A stretch of DNA of 50,346 bases, filler included, from Sphacelaria rigidula (Eukaryota), in NCBI GenBank assembly GCA_964200075.2. It is 2 parts of 2 records of this genome, joined end to end, with 100 filler letters (N's around TTAATTAATTAA, not from the genome) between each part and the next. Parts side by side here need not be neighbours in the genome. Positions count along the whole stretch, not along the records: positions 25,249 to 50,346 come from CAXNAA020000180.1; 1 more part is not named here. One strand, given 5' to 3'. Numbering within the stretch: the stretch's first letter is position 1; every line of letters begins with the position of its first letter. The notes beneath the pieces were generated by a model. That model saw only the letters and a program-made list of their open reading frames with translations, was not told where the DNA came from and ran no database searches. This document shows positions 48,901 to 50,346 of the stretch, piece after piece. A program made the translations under genes and the position numbers.

Positions 48901-49256
48901 ACTCAGCCGGTTGCACAACGCTGTTCTCTGAGTCCGAGTCGGAACGTGAGAGAACCGGTCTCGGCGTCATAGTCTTGTCTTCAAGCCTCGAAGAACGAGT
49001 ATCGCTCGAAGGTTGGTCTTCAGATCCCGAAGATCGAACAGCGCTCGCATACGTGCGGCGATGAGTTGAAGGTGACGTGACACTCATGTTAAAAGGTTTC
49101 GAACCGGCAGTGGTTTGATTCCGTGTCCGACGAAGCGATTGGTTTCCCAATTGAGAGGAAGAGCCAGCGTTATTTCTGTGCGACATGATAATCATACGCA
49201 ACTTGTGTGCTTGAAAAGGCAGGGGCAGTATGTCTGGTCTGCGGGCTCTAATCAAA

Positions 49257-49270
49257 GGAGCGTGACACCA
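49257..49270 (-). promoter_or_regulatory. Putative primer-binding site
   Basis: Minus-strand TGGTGTCACGCTCC, upstream of the first element ORF. The TGG start is complementary to the tRNA CCA end. An adjacent candidate 5' LTR (~49276-49457) has no partner copy. Confidence 0.5.
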
Positions 49271-50346
49271 AGAGCTGCTACGTGCAAAGGACGAAGCTTG
49301 TATCCGGAAAGTACGGGGTAATGAAGCCTAATAGCGCCTGGGGGGACCTTGGGACCTGATTTACTTGAGTGTTTTTATTCAAGCAAATTGCTGTATGTAA
49401 CAACTATGTCTGGGGTCTGGTTAATACAACTTATCTAAGTTGTGGCGGTAATAGCTATCAACGGAGCTCGGGATTGCGCACAGAGCAGACGTATGGCGTC
49501 GAAGAAAAGCAATGATCCGATTGTCTGTAGCAAGGTTGGTACCTGAAAGTCGTACAATTCACACGTGTTCCGGGTGTGGCGTCACGGGCAGAATTTAACT
49601 GAATTATCCTGGCACAAGCTGAGAAACAACTGGCGGTGTACGATGAAAAAAAATCAGATGAGCACCAAAATCGTGCAGCGTGGGGCAGCATAAAAGCTTT
49701 TACAACGCTTGGGATGCAGACCGCGAGATCGGACTGCGTAGTGCAGGGCGAAAGCTTGTTACACAACGGAGTTAAGGCAACGTACGTATGTGAAACAATG
49801 GCGAAGTTGTGCACAGCAGGGGGAACGCTGAGGGCGGTGCCGAAAACAAGTAGTGCGCAGGCAAGGGGCACTGGTTTCGAGTACTGTCTGCTCCAAGTGA
49901 GTATGTAACGTAGGTTTGGAACATGTCAAACGGATATTATCGCGACGAAACCGTCTCGGAACAACTGATTGTTATTTGTTCGAGAGGGGGTTAATGAGAA
50001 AAACCTGCAGTCCGTTGTGAGATGTCGTTACTTACCACGGTGATGTACAGCGCTTCTCTATAGCTGTGCGAAGTACACCAGAAGAGAGCAACGACAAAGT
50101 AGCTACAAGCAACGAGGCTAAAGTGCCGGAACGGGTACACATCTCGTGTACAGATGTCCGTGGTCACCTTCTGGGAGCACGGGTTGTAGAGTCATCCTAC
50201 GATAGGGGGGGGGGGTACTTTGGGCCATTTGTTGCTCGAAACTTCGATTCAGATCGTCGTTGAAAGCAGCAACGGTTGTTCGAAAAAGCTTGTGGTGGAT
50301 CAATAACGCTCATCCATACTGCCTGACACCGTTTGGAACCAAATAC

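Larger units (their letters stand above)
37800..49457 (-). mobile_element. Long degenerate Ty3/gypsy (chromovirus-like) retrotransposon; 3' LTR not found
   Basis: Domain order gag-PR-RT-RH-IN-chromo on the minus strand, and a PBS-like TGGTGTCACGCTCC (49257-49270). Boundaries are approximate. Confidence 0.9.

Noticed and set aside
49460-50346. Exon-like frames with a GTGAGT donor (~49897)
   Set aside because: Several in-frame stops lie upstream and I recognise no domain, so it cannot be called a gene.

Overview
This is a eukaryotic, repeat-saturated window with no intact host gene that I can support. Its repeat types resemble those I recall from brown-algal (Ectocarpus-like) genomes, which is an inference and not a database result. 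Retroelements: a decayed non-LTR retrotransposon (78-2150) with a second 3' fragment at 24.8 kb; an RTE-like LINE 3' half (7.6-9.0 kb); a two-LTR, internally rearranged Ty3/gypsy element (26426-31463) nested in a hAT-type MITE; and a long minus-strand Ty3/gypsy relic (~37.8-49.4 kb) with gag, PR, RT, RNase H, integrase, a chromodomain and an extra Tudor/PWWP-like tail. DNA-level elements: a Helitron RepHel N-terminal fragment (~5.4-5.7 kb) and several MITEs or fold-back elements. The most unexpected signal is a frameshifted, MITE-disrupted and probably intron-containing PrimPol-like (AEP primase plus UL52-type zinc finger) pseudogene at ~20.4-22.4 kb, which the ORF track does not show as a unit. 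It lies just downstream of an array of nested palindromes (18.8-19.6 kb). Most ORFs in the supplied track are spurious or are fragments of these elements. All alignments and counts were done by eye.
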